Assembly: GCA_963720885.1 (NCBI GenBank)
Contig: CAVRGW010000004.1
Span: 137,661 to 201,660 of the forward strand
Direction of reading: 5' to 3'
Source: an uncultured Actinomycetes bacterium
GTDB lineage: Bacteria > Actinomycetota > Thermoleophilia > Gaiellales > JAICJC01
Length of the DNA stretch: 64,000 bases
The position numbers and the translations under genes were made by a program. The first letter of the stretch is position 1. Every line of letters begins with the position of its first letter. This document shows, in pieces, positions 9,796 through 21,628 of the stretch. Under the pieces are notes generated by a model. That model was not told the DNA's origin and searched no databases. It saw nothing but the letters and a program-made list of their open reading frames with translations.

Positions 9796-9998
9796 CCCGC
9801 GTCGTCCTCCAGGTCGGCGGGATGCACTGCGCCGGCTGCGAGCGCACCCTCCGAACCGCGCTCGAGGCGCTACCGGGCGTGACCCGGGCGCGGCCCGAGC
9901 ACATCGGCGACGACGTCGAGGTCGTCTACGACGCCAAGGCCGTCTCGGTGGCCGATCTGCGGGCAGCGATCGACGCCGCCGGGTTCACCGCCCGATAA
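9792..9998 (+). CDS. Heavy-metal-associated (CopZ-like) domain protein
   Basis: 68 aa. MHCAGC metal-binding loop in a ferredoxin-like HMA layout. TTG start overlaps the cytochrome c stop (TTGA). Confidence 0.7.
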   Translation: MTRVVLQVGGMHCAGCERTLRTALEALPGVTRARPEHIGDDVEVVYDAKAVSVADLRAAIDAAGFTAR

Positions 9999-10259
9999 CC
10001 GGTAAGGCACCGTCTTAAAGACCGACGACCCGCAGAGCGGGCCGTCGGAGGAGGCAGGTAGCTGCGAGGTGTGGGCACGTTCGATCGCAGCGTCCGGAGG
10101 CGATTGTCCATGGGATCTGTACGGAAAACTCACCAATCTGGTTAGAGATTTGTAAGGGTGCATACACCAGTCAGAAAACGGCCGGACTGTGTGTTGTCTG
10201 TCTCAACGACACCTCCACCGTGACGCCGGCGGAGCGCCTCCGGGTACACTCTCGCGGCC

Positions 10260-11408
10260 GTGGACCTCTACGAGTATCAGGGGAAGCAACTCTTCGCGCG
10301 GTTCGGTATTCCGGTATCCGACGGAGTGGTCGCGACGACCCCGGAGGAGGCCCGGAAGGCGGCCGAGCAGCTTGGCGGCCCGGTCGTTGTCAAGGCGCAG
10401 GTGCTGGTCGGCGGCCGGGGCAAGGCCGGCGGCATCCAGCTGGCCGCCACCCCCGACGAGGCGGAGGCGAAGGCCGGGCAGGTGCTCGGCCTCGACATCC
10501 GCGGCCACGTCGTCCGCAGGCTGTGGATCGAGCGCGCGTCGGACATCGCCCGCGAGTACTACTTCTCGATCACGTTCGACCGGGGGGCCAAGAAGCCGCT
10601 GCTGATGCTGACCACGCAGGGCGGCGTCGACATCGAGCAGGTGGCCGCGGAGACGCCCGACAAGCTGGCGCGGCTGCATCTCGATCCGCTGACCGGCTTC
10701 CTGCCGTTCCACGCCAGGCGACTCTGCTTCGCCGCGGGGATCCCGGCCGAGGAGACGCAGCAGGTCTCGCAGATCATGGAGAAGGCGTACCGCGCGTTCA
10801 TCGAGACGGACGCCATGCTGGTCGAGATCAACCCGCTGATCGTCACCCCCGACGGCATCGTGCGCGCGCTCGACTCGAAGTACACGGTCGATGACAACGC
10901 GCTCTACCGCCACCCCGACATCGCCGCCATGCGCGACGTGGAGGCGGCCGATCCACAGGAGCAGATGGCCCGGGAGCGCGGCGTCAACTACGTCAAGCTG
11001 GACGGCGACATCGGCATTCTCGGCAACGGCGCGGGGCTGGTCATGTCGACGCTGGACGTGGTCGCCCTGGCCGGCGGCCGGCCGGCCAACTTCCTGGACG
11101 TTGGCGGCGGCGCCCAGGCGGACGAGATCGTCACCGCCATGGAGGTGCTGCTCTCCGACGACAAGGTGCGGGCGGTGCTGTTCAACGTGTTCGGCGGCAT
11201 CACCCGCTGCGACGAGGTGGCGCGCGGCGTGCTGGCGGCGCTCGAGCGGCTCGACGTGAACGTCCCGCTGGTCGTCCGGCTGGACGGCACCAACGACGTC
11301 GAGGGCCGCAAGCTGCTGGCCGACGCGGCACCGCCCAACGTGCACGTGGAGCAGACGATGCTGGGTGCCGCGGCGCGCGTCGTCGAGCTCGCCGGGAGCG
11401 CCGCCTGA
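10260..11408 (+). CDS. sucC: Succinate--CoA ligase subunit beta
   Basis: 382 aa. MDLYEYQGKQLFARFGIPV start, ATP-grasp domain, GNGAGLVMSTLD and FGGITRCDEVA motifs. GTG start. Confidence 0.95.
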   Translation: MDLYEYQGKQLFARFGIPVSDGVVATTPEEARKAAEQLGGPVVVKAQVLVGGRGKAGGIQLAATPDEAEAKAGQVLGLDIRGHVVRRLWIERASDIAREYYFSITFDRGAKKPLLMLTTQGGVDIEQVAAETPDKLARLHLDPLTGFLPFHARRLCFAAGIPAEETQQVSQIMEKAYRAFIETDAMLVEINPLIVTPDGIVRALDSKYTVDDNALYRHPDIAAMRDVEAADPQEQMARERGVNYVKLDGDIGILGNGAGLVMSTLDVVALAGGRPANFLDVGGGAQADEIVTAMEVLLSDDKVRAVLFNVFGGITRCDEVARGVLAALERLDVNVPLVVRLDGTNDVEGRKLLADAAPPNVHVEQTMLGAAARVVELAGSAA

Positions 11409-12277
11409 TGGCGATCATCGTCACCGCTGACACCAGGCTCGTCGTCCAGGGCATCACCGGCCGGGAAGGCCGCTTCCACGCCCTTCGCAACCGGGACTAC
11501 GGCACCCAGGTCGTGGCTGGGGTCACGCCGGGCAAGGGCGGTCAGGACGTCGACGGCGTGCCGGTGTTCGACACGCTCGCCGAGGCGGTCGCCGAGCGCG
11601 GCGCCAACACCGCGATGGTGTTCGTCCCGCCGCGCTTCGCCGCCGATGCGATCTACGAGGCCGTCGACGCTGGCATCGGCACGATCGTCTGCATCACGGA
11701 GGGCATTCCAGCGCACGAGATGCTGCGGATCTACAACTACATCCGCCCGCGAGGCGTCACGCTGCTCGGCCCGAACTGCCCGGGCGCGCTGTCGCCGGAC
11801 GTCGCCAACGTGGGCATCATCCCGGCGCAGGTGTTCGCCAGGGGCCGGGTCGGGCTGGTCTCCCGGTCGGGCACGCTGACGTACCAGATCGGCAAGGAGC
11901 TGGCCGACCTCGGGCTCGGCAACTCGACGATCGTCGGCATCGGCGGCGACCCGATCGTCGGCAGCTCGTTCATCGACGTGCTGTCGCGCTTCGAGCAGGA
12001 CGACGAGACCGACCTGGTGGTCATGGTCGGCGAGATCGGCGGCGACGAGGAGGAGAAGGCGGGTGCGTTCATCGCCGAGCACATGAGCACGCCGGTCGTC
12101 GCCTACATCGCGGGCTTTCAGGCGCCCCCCGGCAAGACGATGGGCCACGCCGGCGCCATCATCTCCGGCTCCTCCGGCACGGCCGCCGGCAAGAAGGAGG
12201 CGCTCGAGGCGCGCGGTATCCGCGTCGGTTCGAGCCCCACCGAGGCCGCCAACCTGGCCGCCGACGCCCTCCGGTAG
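11408..12277 (+). CDS. sucD: Succinate--CoA ligase subunit alpha
   Basis: 289 aa. [23 protein letters not shown] and the phosphohistidine loop [11 protein letters not shown] overlaps the sucC stop. Confidence 0.95.
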   Translation: MAIIVTADTRLVVQGITGREGRFHALRNRDYGTQVVAGVTPGKGGQDVDGVPVFDTLAEAVAERGANTAMVFVPPRFAADAIYEAVDAGIGTIVCITEGIPAHEMLRIYNYIRPRGVTLLGPNCPGALSPDVANVGIIPAQVFARGRVGLVSRSGTLTYQIGKELADLGLGNSTIVGIGGDPIVGSSFIDVLSRFEQDDETDLVVMVGEIGGDEEEKAGAFIAEHMSTPVVAYIAGFQAPPGKTMGHAGAIISGSSGTAAGKKEALEARGIRVGSSPTEAANLAADALR

Positions 12278-12293
12278 GGCTAGTCTGTCGGGG

Positions 12294-13395
12294 ATGGGCC
12301 AGATCCCCTTCACCCGCGGCGTCCCGTCGGCCGACATGCTGCCGGTCGACGACCTGCGCGAGGCCGCGGCGCAGGCCTTCGCGACCGACGCCGCCGGGGC
12401 GCTGTCGTACGCGCCCGGCGGCTATCGCGCCGCTGCGCGAATGGATCGGCGAGCGCCACGGGGTGGACGCCGCCCGCGTGCTGCTGGTCAACGGCTCGCT
12501 GCAGGGGGTCGCGTTCCTTGCGCAGCAGCTGTTCCTCGGCCGCGGCGGGCGCGCGCTGGTCGAGGATCCGACCTATGACCGCACCCTGATCTCGCTGCGA
12601 ACGTTCGGCGCGACCGTCGAGGGCGTCCCGCTGACCGGCGAGGGCATCGACGTCGGCGCGCTGGAGCGGGCGCTCGACGCCGGGCCTGCCGACCTCGTCT
12701 ACACGATCCCCACCTTTCAGAACCCGGCCGGCGTCACGCTGCCCGAGGACGGCCGCCGGCGGCTGGTCGAGCTGGCCCGCGCGCACGGCGTGCTGGTGGT
12801 CGAGGACGATCCGTACGGCCTGCTCCGGTTCGAGGGCGAGCGGCTGCCGACGCTCCACGAGCTTGACGGCGGTGACAACGTCATCTACTCGTCATCGTTC
12901 ACCAAGACGGTGGCACCGGGGCTGCGCACCGGCTACCTGATCCTCCCGGAGCGCCTGGTCGGGCCGCTGAAGGCGATCTCCGAGAACACCATCATCGGCC
13001 CCAACTCGCTGGCCGAGGCGACGCTCGCCGCCTACTGCCGGGCCGGCCGGTTCGAGCCCAACGTGGAGCGGGTGACCGCGACGCTGAAGGCGCGCCGCGA
13101 TGCGATGGAGGACGGCCTGCGCCAGCACTTCCCGGCCGGTGCGACCTGGACGACGCCGACCGGAGGCTACTTCTACTGGGTCGACCTGCCCGAGGCGCTG
13201 GACACCGGCGCCCTGCTGGCGGCGGCCGCCGAACGCGGCGTCCCCTACGTCAAGGGCGCCGACTTCTCGTGCTCCGGCGGCGGCAGGTCTTCGCTGCGGC
13301 TGGCCTTCAGCGCCGTGCCGCCGGAGAGCATCGGCGAGGGCGTTGCCCGGCTGGGCGAACTGCTCGCCGAGTCGCTCGAGCCCGCCGCGGTCTGA
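12294..13395 (+). pseudogene. Class-I/II PLP aminotransferase (ARO8/LysN-like) interrupted by a +1 frameshift near 12426-12430
   Basis: ORF 12294..12578 reads MGQIPFTRGVPSADMLPVDDL...ALSYAPGGYR and then degenerates. Frame +1 continues PLREWIGERHGVDAARVLLVNGSLQG... (ORF 12463..13395), with PTFQNPAGVTLP and SSSFTKTVAPGLRTGY (PLP Lys). One extra base sits in ggctatcgcGccgctg. Confidence 0.75.
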
Positions 13396-13615
13396 CCGTT
13401 ACGCGACGCCCGCGGCGATCCGCGGTGCAGGGCTCCGTCAGCATCGGCGAGGGCACGATCGGCTGCTCGACCAGGCGCGCCTGGCGAGGGGCGATCATCT
13501 GACCCTTGAGCACCGGCCGGAAGGTCGGACACGGCTCCGAGAGGTCGAGGGCGCAAAGGCTCGTCTTTCGAAAGAAGCAGTCATCGCACGTGACGCAGCG
13601 AGCCTTTGCAGCCAT
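13307..13615 (-). CDS. Small cysteine-rich hypothetical protein (~102 aa)
   Basis: Internal ATG of ORF 13307..13738, preceded by GGAGAAGGGGA. MAAKARCVTCDDCFFRKTSLCALDLSEPCPTFRPV... has 6 Cys in 30 residues with good GC3. The last ~30 codons overlap the convergent aminotransferase and have poor codon usage, so the true C-terminus is uncertain. Confidence 0.4.
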   Translation of the reverse strand: MAAKARCVTCDDCFFRKTSLCALDLSEPCPTFRPVLKGQMIAPRQARLVEQPIVPSPMLTEPCTADRRGRRVTVRPRRARATRRAVRPAGQRPRRCSPAARR

Positions 13616-13749
13616 GGATGTGTCCCCTTCTCCCCGTTTTGTGCCTGCCCTGCGGTGCCGAACGAAGGTGGAAGTGTAGGTCGCAGACGCTCCGGGTTCC
13701 ACCGTTCGCGGGAATGAAAATGCGCTGTTTGCGAGCAATCCGTGAACGT

Positions 13750-14781
13750 CTAGTGACTGACCGGTTGCAGCGTCCGGATTGCGTCGAGAGCCTGCCCGAA
13801 GGTGGACACCGCGACGATCTTGATGCGCCCGTCGGCGGCCGCGACGGCGTCCTTGTAGTTGCCCTTCGGCACCAGGAACGTGTCCGCGCCGGCCTCGATC
13901 GCGCCCACCGTCTTCTGCTCCACGCCGCCGATCTCGTGCACTCCGCCGGCCAGGTCGAGCTCTCCGGTGGCGACCACCTTGTGCCCGTGCAGCAGCGTCC
14001 GGTTGCTCAGCGCGTCGTAGATCTCGAGGGCGAAGGCGAGCCCTGCGGACGGCCCGCCGATGCCAGGCGTCGAGATCGTTGTCTTGACCGGCACGTGGGC
14101 GACCTTCACGGCGTCGCCGATGTTGATGCCGACGATCGCGTGGGTCGGGTCGTCAGGGCTCTTGACGGACGTCATCGTCTTGCGGGAGCCGTCCGCGAAC
14201 TGCAGCGTGATCGGCTGGCCGGGGCGCACTGCGGATAGGGCCTGCACCAGTCGCCCGGCGTCATCGACCTTCTGCCCCTGCGCGCGGGTGATGATCTGGC
14301 CCGGCTTGACGCCGGCCTTCGCGGCCGGGTACCCGGGCGCCAGGGCGGTGATCTGGGCGCCCAGCTTGTCGATCTTCACGTCCAGCCCGAACGCCCGCTC
14401 GGCGACGACCTGCGCGGTCGTCTTCGAGTCGGCCATCGCCCGCTGGTCGTCGCGGATCCGCTGCTGCTCGTTCTCGCCCGGCGAGAGGATGTGGTCGGCC
14501 GGGACCAGCGACGCTCCGTCGACCAGGTGCTCCGCCCAGAGCCGCTGCACCTCGTTGGCCTTGAGGATGCTGACGTCGACGAAGTACAGGCCGGAGCCCG
14601 GCACCTGCGGCTTCTCGCCCGGCACGGTGATGATCGGAGCCGTCGGGTGCGCCTTGTCCGGCAGGAACGCGTAGTAGCCCGAGTCGGTGTTCCAGGCCCA
14701 GGTCACCGTGCCGGCGGCCACGGCGCAGGCGATCGCCAGGACCAGCGGCCAGCGCGGCTTGCGGAGGGCGGGCGCCGTCAC
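13750..14781 (-). CDS. Membrane-anchored PDZ + Lon-C (S16) protease, YlbL/SepM-like
   Basis: Track ORF 13750..15474 trimmed to the in-frame GTG at 14781. TM anchor PRWPLVLAIACAVAAGTV, PDZ domain (GYPAAKAGVKPGQIITRAQGQKV), and Lon proteolytic domain with GIGGPSAGLAFALEI. Confidence 0.85.
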   Translation of the reverse strand: MTAPALRKPRWPLVLAIACAVAAGTVTWAWNTDSGYYAFLPDKAHPTAPIITVPGEKPQVPGSGLYFVDVSILKANEVQRLWAEHLVDGASLVPADHILSPGENEQQRIRDDQRAMADSKTTAQVVAERAFGLDVKIDKLGAQITALAPGYPAAKAGVKPGQIITRAQGQKVDDAGRLVQALSAVRPGQPITLQFADGSRKTMTSVKSPDDPTHAIVGINIGDAVKVAHVPVKTTISTPGIGGPSAGLAFALEIYDALSNRTLLHGHKVVATGELDLAGGVHEIGGVEQKTVGAIEAGADTFLVPKGNYKDAVAAADGRIKIVAVSTFGQALDAIRTLQPVSH

Positions 14782-15590
14782 GCGATCGCCACCGATCCGG
14801 CGATCGCGGCGACCACCAGCGAGCCGAGGCCGATGGCCGTCAGCGGGGTGATCCGGCCGTAGGCGATGTGGCCGCGGCCGAAGCTCGAGAGCACCAGACC
14901 GGTGAGCACGCCTCCGATCAGGCCGCCGATGTGGCCGCCGACCGAGATCTGGCCGCTGAAGGCGAACGTGAACAGGAGGTTGACCAGCAGCAGGCCGCCG
15001 ATCGGGCCTTCCAGCAGCGAGAGGCCGCGTTGCCTCTCCAGGACCAGCAGCGCGCCCATCAGTCCGAAGATGGCGGCGGATGCGCCGGCGGTCAGTGCGT
15101 TGGGCGACAGCAGCAGCGCGCCGAACGAGCCGGTCAGCGCCGAGATCAGGTAGATGGCTCCGAACCGCAGGCTGCCGACGTAGCTCTCGAGCGCGGTACC
15201 CAGCCAGTACAGCGCGTACATGTTGAACGCGATGTGCATCAAGCCGAAGTGCAGGAAGGCGGAGCTGATCAGCCGGTAGTTCTCGCCGTCGTGCACCGCC
15301 GGCCCGAACAGCGCCAGCGACCGTCCGAGCTCGTTCAGGTTCGCCGAGAAGGCGATCGGGTTCGCCGATGTCAGCAGGTAGAGCCCGACGTTCGCCGCGA
15401 TCAGCATGTATGTCAGGTACGGGACGGCGGGTCGTGCGAAGGCGGCCGTCCGCACCGCGCGGTTGGTCGCGCACTCGGGGCAGCGCATGCCCACCGGCGT
15501 CGCCGTCATGCAGTCGGGGCAGATCGGCCGCCCGCAGTTCGAGCAGTGGACCCCGGTCTCGCGATCCGGGTGGCGGTAGCAGGTATCCAT
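14778..15590 (-). CDS. Rhomboid-family intramembrane serine protease with N-terminal zinc-ribbon
   Basis: 270 aa. CYRHPDRETGVHCSNCGRPICPDCM...CPEC zinc ribbon, then rhomboid core with HxxxN (HIAFNM), GASAAIFGLMGA (catalytic Ser) and GHIGGLIGG (His). Confidence 0.9.
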   Translation of the reverse strand: MDTCYRHPDRETGVHCSNCGRPICPDCMTATPVGMRCPECATNRAVRTAAFARPAVPYLTYMLIAANVGLYLLTSANPIAFSANLNELGRSLALFGPAVHDGENYRLISSAFLHFGLMHIAFNMYALYWLGTALESYVGSLRFGAIYLISALTGSFGALLLSPNALTAGASAAIFGLMGALLVLERQRGLSLLEGPIGGLLLVNLLFTFAFSGQISVGGHIGGLIGGVLTGLVLSSFGRGHIAYGRITPLTAIGLGSLVVAAIAGSVAIA

Positions 15591-15620
15591 CGTGACGACC
15601 AGTCTACGGGCGCCGGATTG

Positions 15621-16382
15621 CTACCAGATTCCCTGCAGAGCCCCGCCGTCGACGGGCAGCACGACGCCCGAGATGTACGCCGCCTGGGCTGAGCAGAGAA
15701 ACGTCACGGCGGCGGCGATCTCGTCGGGCGATCCCAGCCGTCCGGCGGGGATCGAGGCCTCGTCCCTGGCGCGCGCGTTCTCGGGATCCGGCTGCCGTTC
15801 CCACAGCTCCTTCATCCGCTCGGTGTCGATCTTGCCGGGCGCGACCGTGTTGACGGTGATGCCGTCGCCCGCCAGCTCCCGGGACAGCGCCTTGGCCCAG
15901 CCGACAACGCCCGGGCGGATCGCGTTCGAGAGCATCAGGTGGGGGATCGGCTCGCGCACCGACCAGGACGTGATGTTGACGATCCGTCCGCGCCCGCTCT
16001 CGCGGAGGTGGGGCAGCGCCAGCCGGGTCAGCCTGACGGCGGAGTTGAGAGACAGCTCGAACGCCTCGGCCCATGCCTCGGCGGGCAGCTCCTCGAAGGT
16101 GCCGGCCGGCGGGCCGCCGGCGTTGTTGATGAGAATGTCAAGCCTGCCCCGGCGATCGATCGTCGCCTTCACGGCGCGCTCCATCGCGGCCTGGTCACGG
16201 ACGTCTCCTGCGCTGGCGACGGCTCCTGGTACCGACGACGCAGCGGTGTCCAGGCGCTCCGGGTCGCGGGCCACCATCGTCACGTCGCAGCCCTCGGCGG
16301 CCAGCGCCCGGGAGATGGCGAGCCCCATCCCGGCTGACGCGCCGCAGACGATCGCGGCGGTGCGTTCGAGTCCCAGATCCAT
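15621..16382 (-). CDS. Short-chain dehydrogenase/reductase (SDR) family oxidoreductase
   Basis: 253 aa. GASAGMGLA nucleotide-binding motif, NNAG, and PGKIDT C-terminal region typical of FabG-like SDRs. Confidence 0.85.
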   Translation of the reverse strand: MDLGLERTAAIVCGASAGMGLAISRALAAEGCDVTMVARDPERLDTAASSVPGAVASAGDVRDQAAMERAVKATIDRRGRLDILINNAGGPPAGTFEELPAEAWAEAFELSLNSAVRLTRLALPHLRESGRGRIVNITSWSVREPIPHLMLSNAIRPGVVGWAKALSRELAGDGITVNTVAPGKIDTERMKELWERQPDPENARARDEASIPAGRLGSPDEIAAAVTFLCSAQAAYISGVVLPVDGGALQGIW

Positions 16383-16406
16383 CGGGCCGGTACGATAGCC
16401 GCCGCC

Positions 16407-19513
<3,107 letters not shown>

Positions 19514-19530
19514 CTCTGTAGGATGCGCGC

Positions 19531-19956
19531 GTGGCCCGCGCGTCGGCGAAAGTCGAACTTCTCCGGAACGTCCCGCTCTTCAGTGGCCTGAGCGCCAAGG
19601 AGCTGATGTCGCTCTCGCGGCTGATGGACGAGATCGATCTCAAGCCGGGCACCGTCATCATCCGCGAAGGCAACACCGGCGGCGAGTTCTTCATCGTCAT
19701 CGAGGGCACCATCGAGGTGAAGCGGAAGGGCCGGCGCCTGGCGCGGCTCGGGCCGGGCGACTACCTCGGCGAGATCGCGTTGATCGACCACGGACCGCGC
19801 ACCGCGACGGCGATGGTCGAGACCGAGGCCCGGCTCCTGGTGCTTGCATCGCGCGAGTTTCACTCGATGCTCGCCTCGGATCCGCGGATCGAGAACAAGA
19901 TCCTGCGAACGCTGGCCGCTCGGGTGCGCGACATGAGCCCGACGACTCCGCACTGA
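19531..19956 (+). CDS. Stand-alone cyclic-nucleotide-binding (CNB) domain protein, no DNA-binding domain
   Basis: 141 aa. LLRNVPLFSGLSAKEL and GDYLGEIALIDHGPRTATAMV are the CAP/PKA-type cNMP-binding signature. The protein ends right after the C-helix. Confidence 0.8.
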   Translation: MARASAKVELLRNVPLFSGLSAKELMSLSRLMDEIDLKPGTVIIREGNTGGEFFIVIEGTIEVKRKGRRLARLGPGDYLGEIALIDHGPRTATAMVETEARLLVLASREFHSMLASDPRIENKILRTLAARVRDMSPTTPH

Positions 19957-19965
19957 CCGGGTCTC

Positions 19966-21624
19966 TCACAGCGCCTGGATCTGCGCCAGCCGGGCGCTGA
20001 CGATCGCACCCGCCCCCGAGTGCGCGGGCGCGTGGCCGGTCACCGCCGCGAGGAACTCGTCGCGCTGCAGCGTGTAGAGCCGGCACTCCTCGTGCGCGAT
20101 CACGGTGGCCGTGCGCGGCACATCGCGCAGCAGCGCGATCTCGCCGAACACCTCGCCCTTGCCGAGCGTCGCCAGGTGATGTCCATCGTGCGAGACATCC
20201 ACCGTCCCGGCGGCGATCACGTAGACGACGTCGCCGCTGTCGCCTTGGCGGACGATGGTCTCACCTGCCGCCGTCTCGTGGGGGACGAGCCGGGCGGCCA
20301 GCCGCTCCAGCGGCAGTGCCGGCAGCGGCGCGAAGATGGCGACCGACTGCAGCAGCGTGATCCGCTCCGTGGGCACGAGATCGATGCTGTCCACCGCCCG
20401 GAGCCGCGGCCACGCGATGACCAGCGCGATCGGCTGGACGGCGGCGACGATGGCCAGCGTGATCGCCAGGTCGGTGGCCGCGACCAGAGCCGGCACAGCC
20501 ACCGCGCCGATGCCCAGGGCGGCCCGCATCGCGCTCTCCAGCACGCCGAACACGCGGGCCAGCACGTCGTCCGGGGCTGCCCGCTGCAGCAGCGTGAACG
20601 TGACCACGTCGACCAGCACCACGCCGGCACCGATCAGGGTCGCCACCACGGCTGCCACCACGGGCGAATGCGTCACGGCCATCACCGCCAGCGGCAGGGC
20701 CCAGCAGGCGACGCCCACCGCGAGGGCGGGCGCGAGCCGGCGCCGGCCGACGAGCGACGCCGCGGCCGCGGCGCAGATCATGGCGCCGACGCCGGTGACC
20801 GCGGCCAGCAGGCCGGCGCCGCCCTCGCCGATGTCCAGGCGCTGGATTGCGATCACGACGACCAGCACCTGGAAGAACGCGCCCCAGACCAGCATCGACG
20901 TGGTGTACAGGCCGACCAGCACGCGCACTCCGGGGTTGCGAACCGCCTCGCGGACGCCCTCCAGGGCCTCGTGCAGCGCTCCGCCGCCGCCGTCGGCGAT
21001 GCCCTCCGGCCGTGGCTCGTCGGGGGGGCCGCCGATCCGCGCAGCCGCCAGCGTCGTCCCGGCGAACAGCACCACGACCGCCGAGAACGCGGCCGCCGGC
21101 CCTGACGTCGCCAGCAGAATGCCGGCGATCACCGGGCCGGCGAGGCCGCCCAGACCCTCCAGCAGAGAGACGGCGACGTTCGACGCAGTCAGCTGCTCGG
21201 GCGAGCGGGCGACGGCGGGCAGCAGCGCCGACTGCACCGGCCGGTAGGCCGGGACGGCGATCGCGAACGCGAGCGACAGGCCGTACACGGCGTAGGTCTC
21301 GCCGGCGGCCGCCGCGAACGCGATCGTCCCGGCCACGACCGTCAGGACGGCGCCGTTCGCAACCAGCACGGTCTGCCGCCGGAAGCGGTCGCCCAGTCCC
21401 GCGGTCAGCGGCGCGGTGAGCGCGGACACGGCGGCGCGCACCAGGGCGAGCGTGCCGGCCGCCGCGATGCCGCCCTCCTTGTAGGCGAACACGGCGAGCG
21501 CGATCTCGAAGCACTGCTCGCCCGTGATGCAGCATGCCCAGGCGCTCTGAAGCCATCCCAGCGGACGATCGGCGAGCGCCAGCCGGAAGCAGCGCAGCGA
21601 CTCGCGCAGCCGCCGCCCGAGCAT
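19966..21624 (-). CDS. MFS transporter fused to a C-terminal cyclic-nucleotide-binding domain
   Basis: 552 aa. About 12 hydrophobic spans (EntS/MFS_3-like), then LLQSVAIFAPLP...GEVFGEIALLRDVPRTATVIA, a CNB domain. Confidence 0.85.
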   Translation of the reverse strand: MLGRRLRESLRCFRLALADRPLGWLQSAWACCITGEQCFEIALAVFAYKEGGIAAAGTLALVRAAVSALTAPLTAGLGDRFRRQTVLVANGAVLTVVAGTIAFAAAAGETYAVYGLSLAFAIAVPAYRPVQSALLPAVARSPEQLTASNVAVSLLEGLGGLAGPVIAGILLATSGPAAAFSAVVVLFAGTTLAAARIGGPPDEPRPEGIADGGGGALHEALEGVREAVRNPGVRVLVGLYTTSMLVWGAFFQVLVVVIAIQRLDIGEGGAGLLAAVTGVGAMICAAAAASLVGRRRLAPALAVGVACWALPLAVMAVTHSPVVAAVVATLIGAGVVLVDVVTFTLLQRAAPDDVLARVFGVLESAMRAALGIGAVAVPALVAATDLAITLAIVAAVQPIALVIAWPRLRAVDSIDLVPTERITLLQSVAIFAPLPALPLERLAARLVPHETAAGETIVRQGDSGDVVYVIAAGTVDVSHDGHHLATLGKGEVFGEIALLRDVPRTATVIAHEECRLYTLQRDEFLAAVTGHAPAHSGAGAIVSARLAQIQAL

Positions 21625-21628
21625 GGCC

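Noticed and set aside
10118-10153. 11-codon upstream ORF (MGSVRKTHQSG) with a GGAGG in the sucC leader
   Set aside because: It is too short, with no attenuator-like codon pattern or alternative hairpins that I could identify. It is probably fortuitous.
12420-12435. Programmed ribosomal frameshifting as an explanation for the split aminotransferase and the split pckA (23565-23575)
   Set aside because: There is no X XXY YYZ slippery heptamer, no downstream structure that I can see, and no precedent in these enzyme families. An indel (real or assembly error) is simpler.
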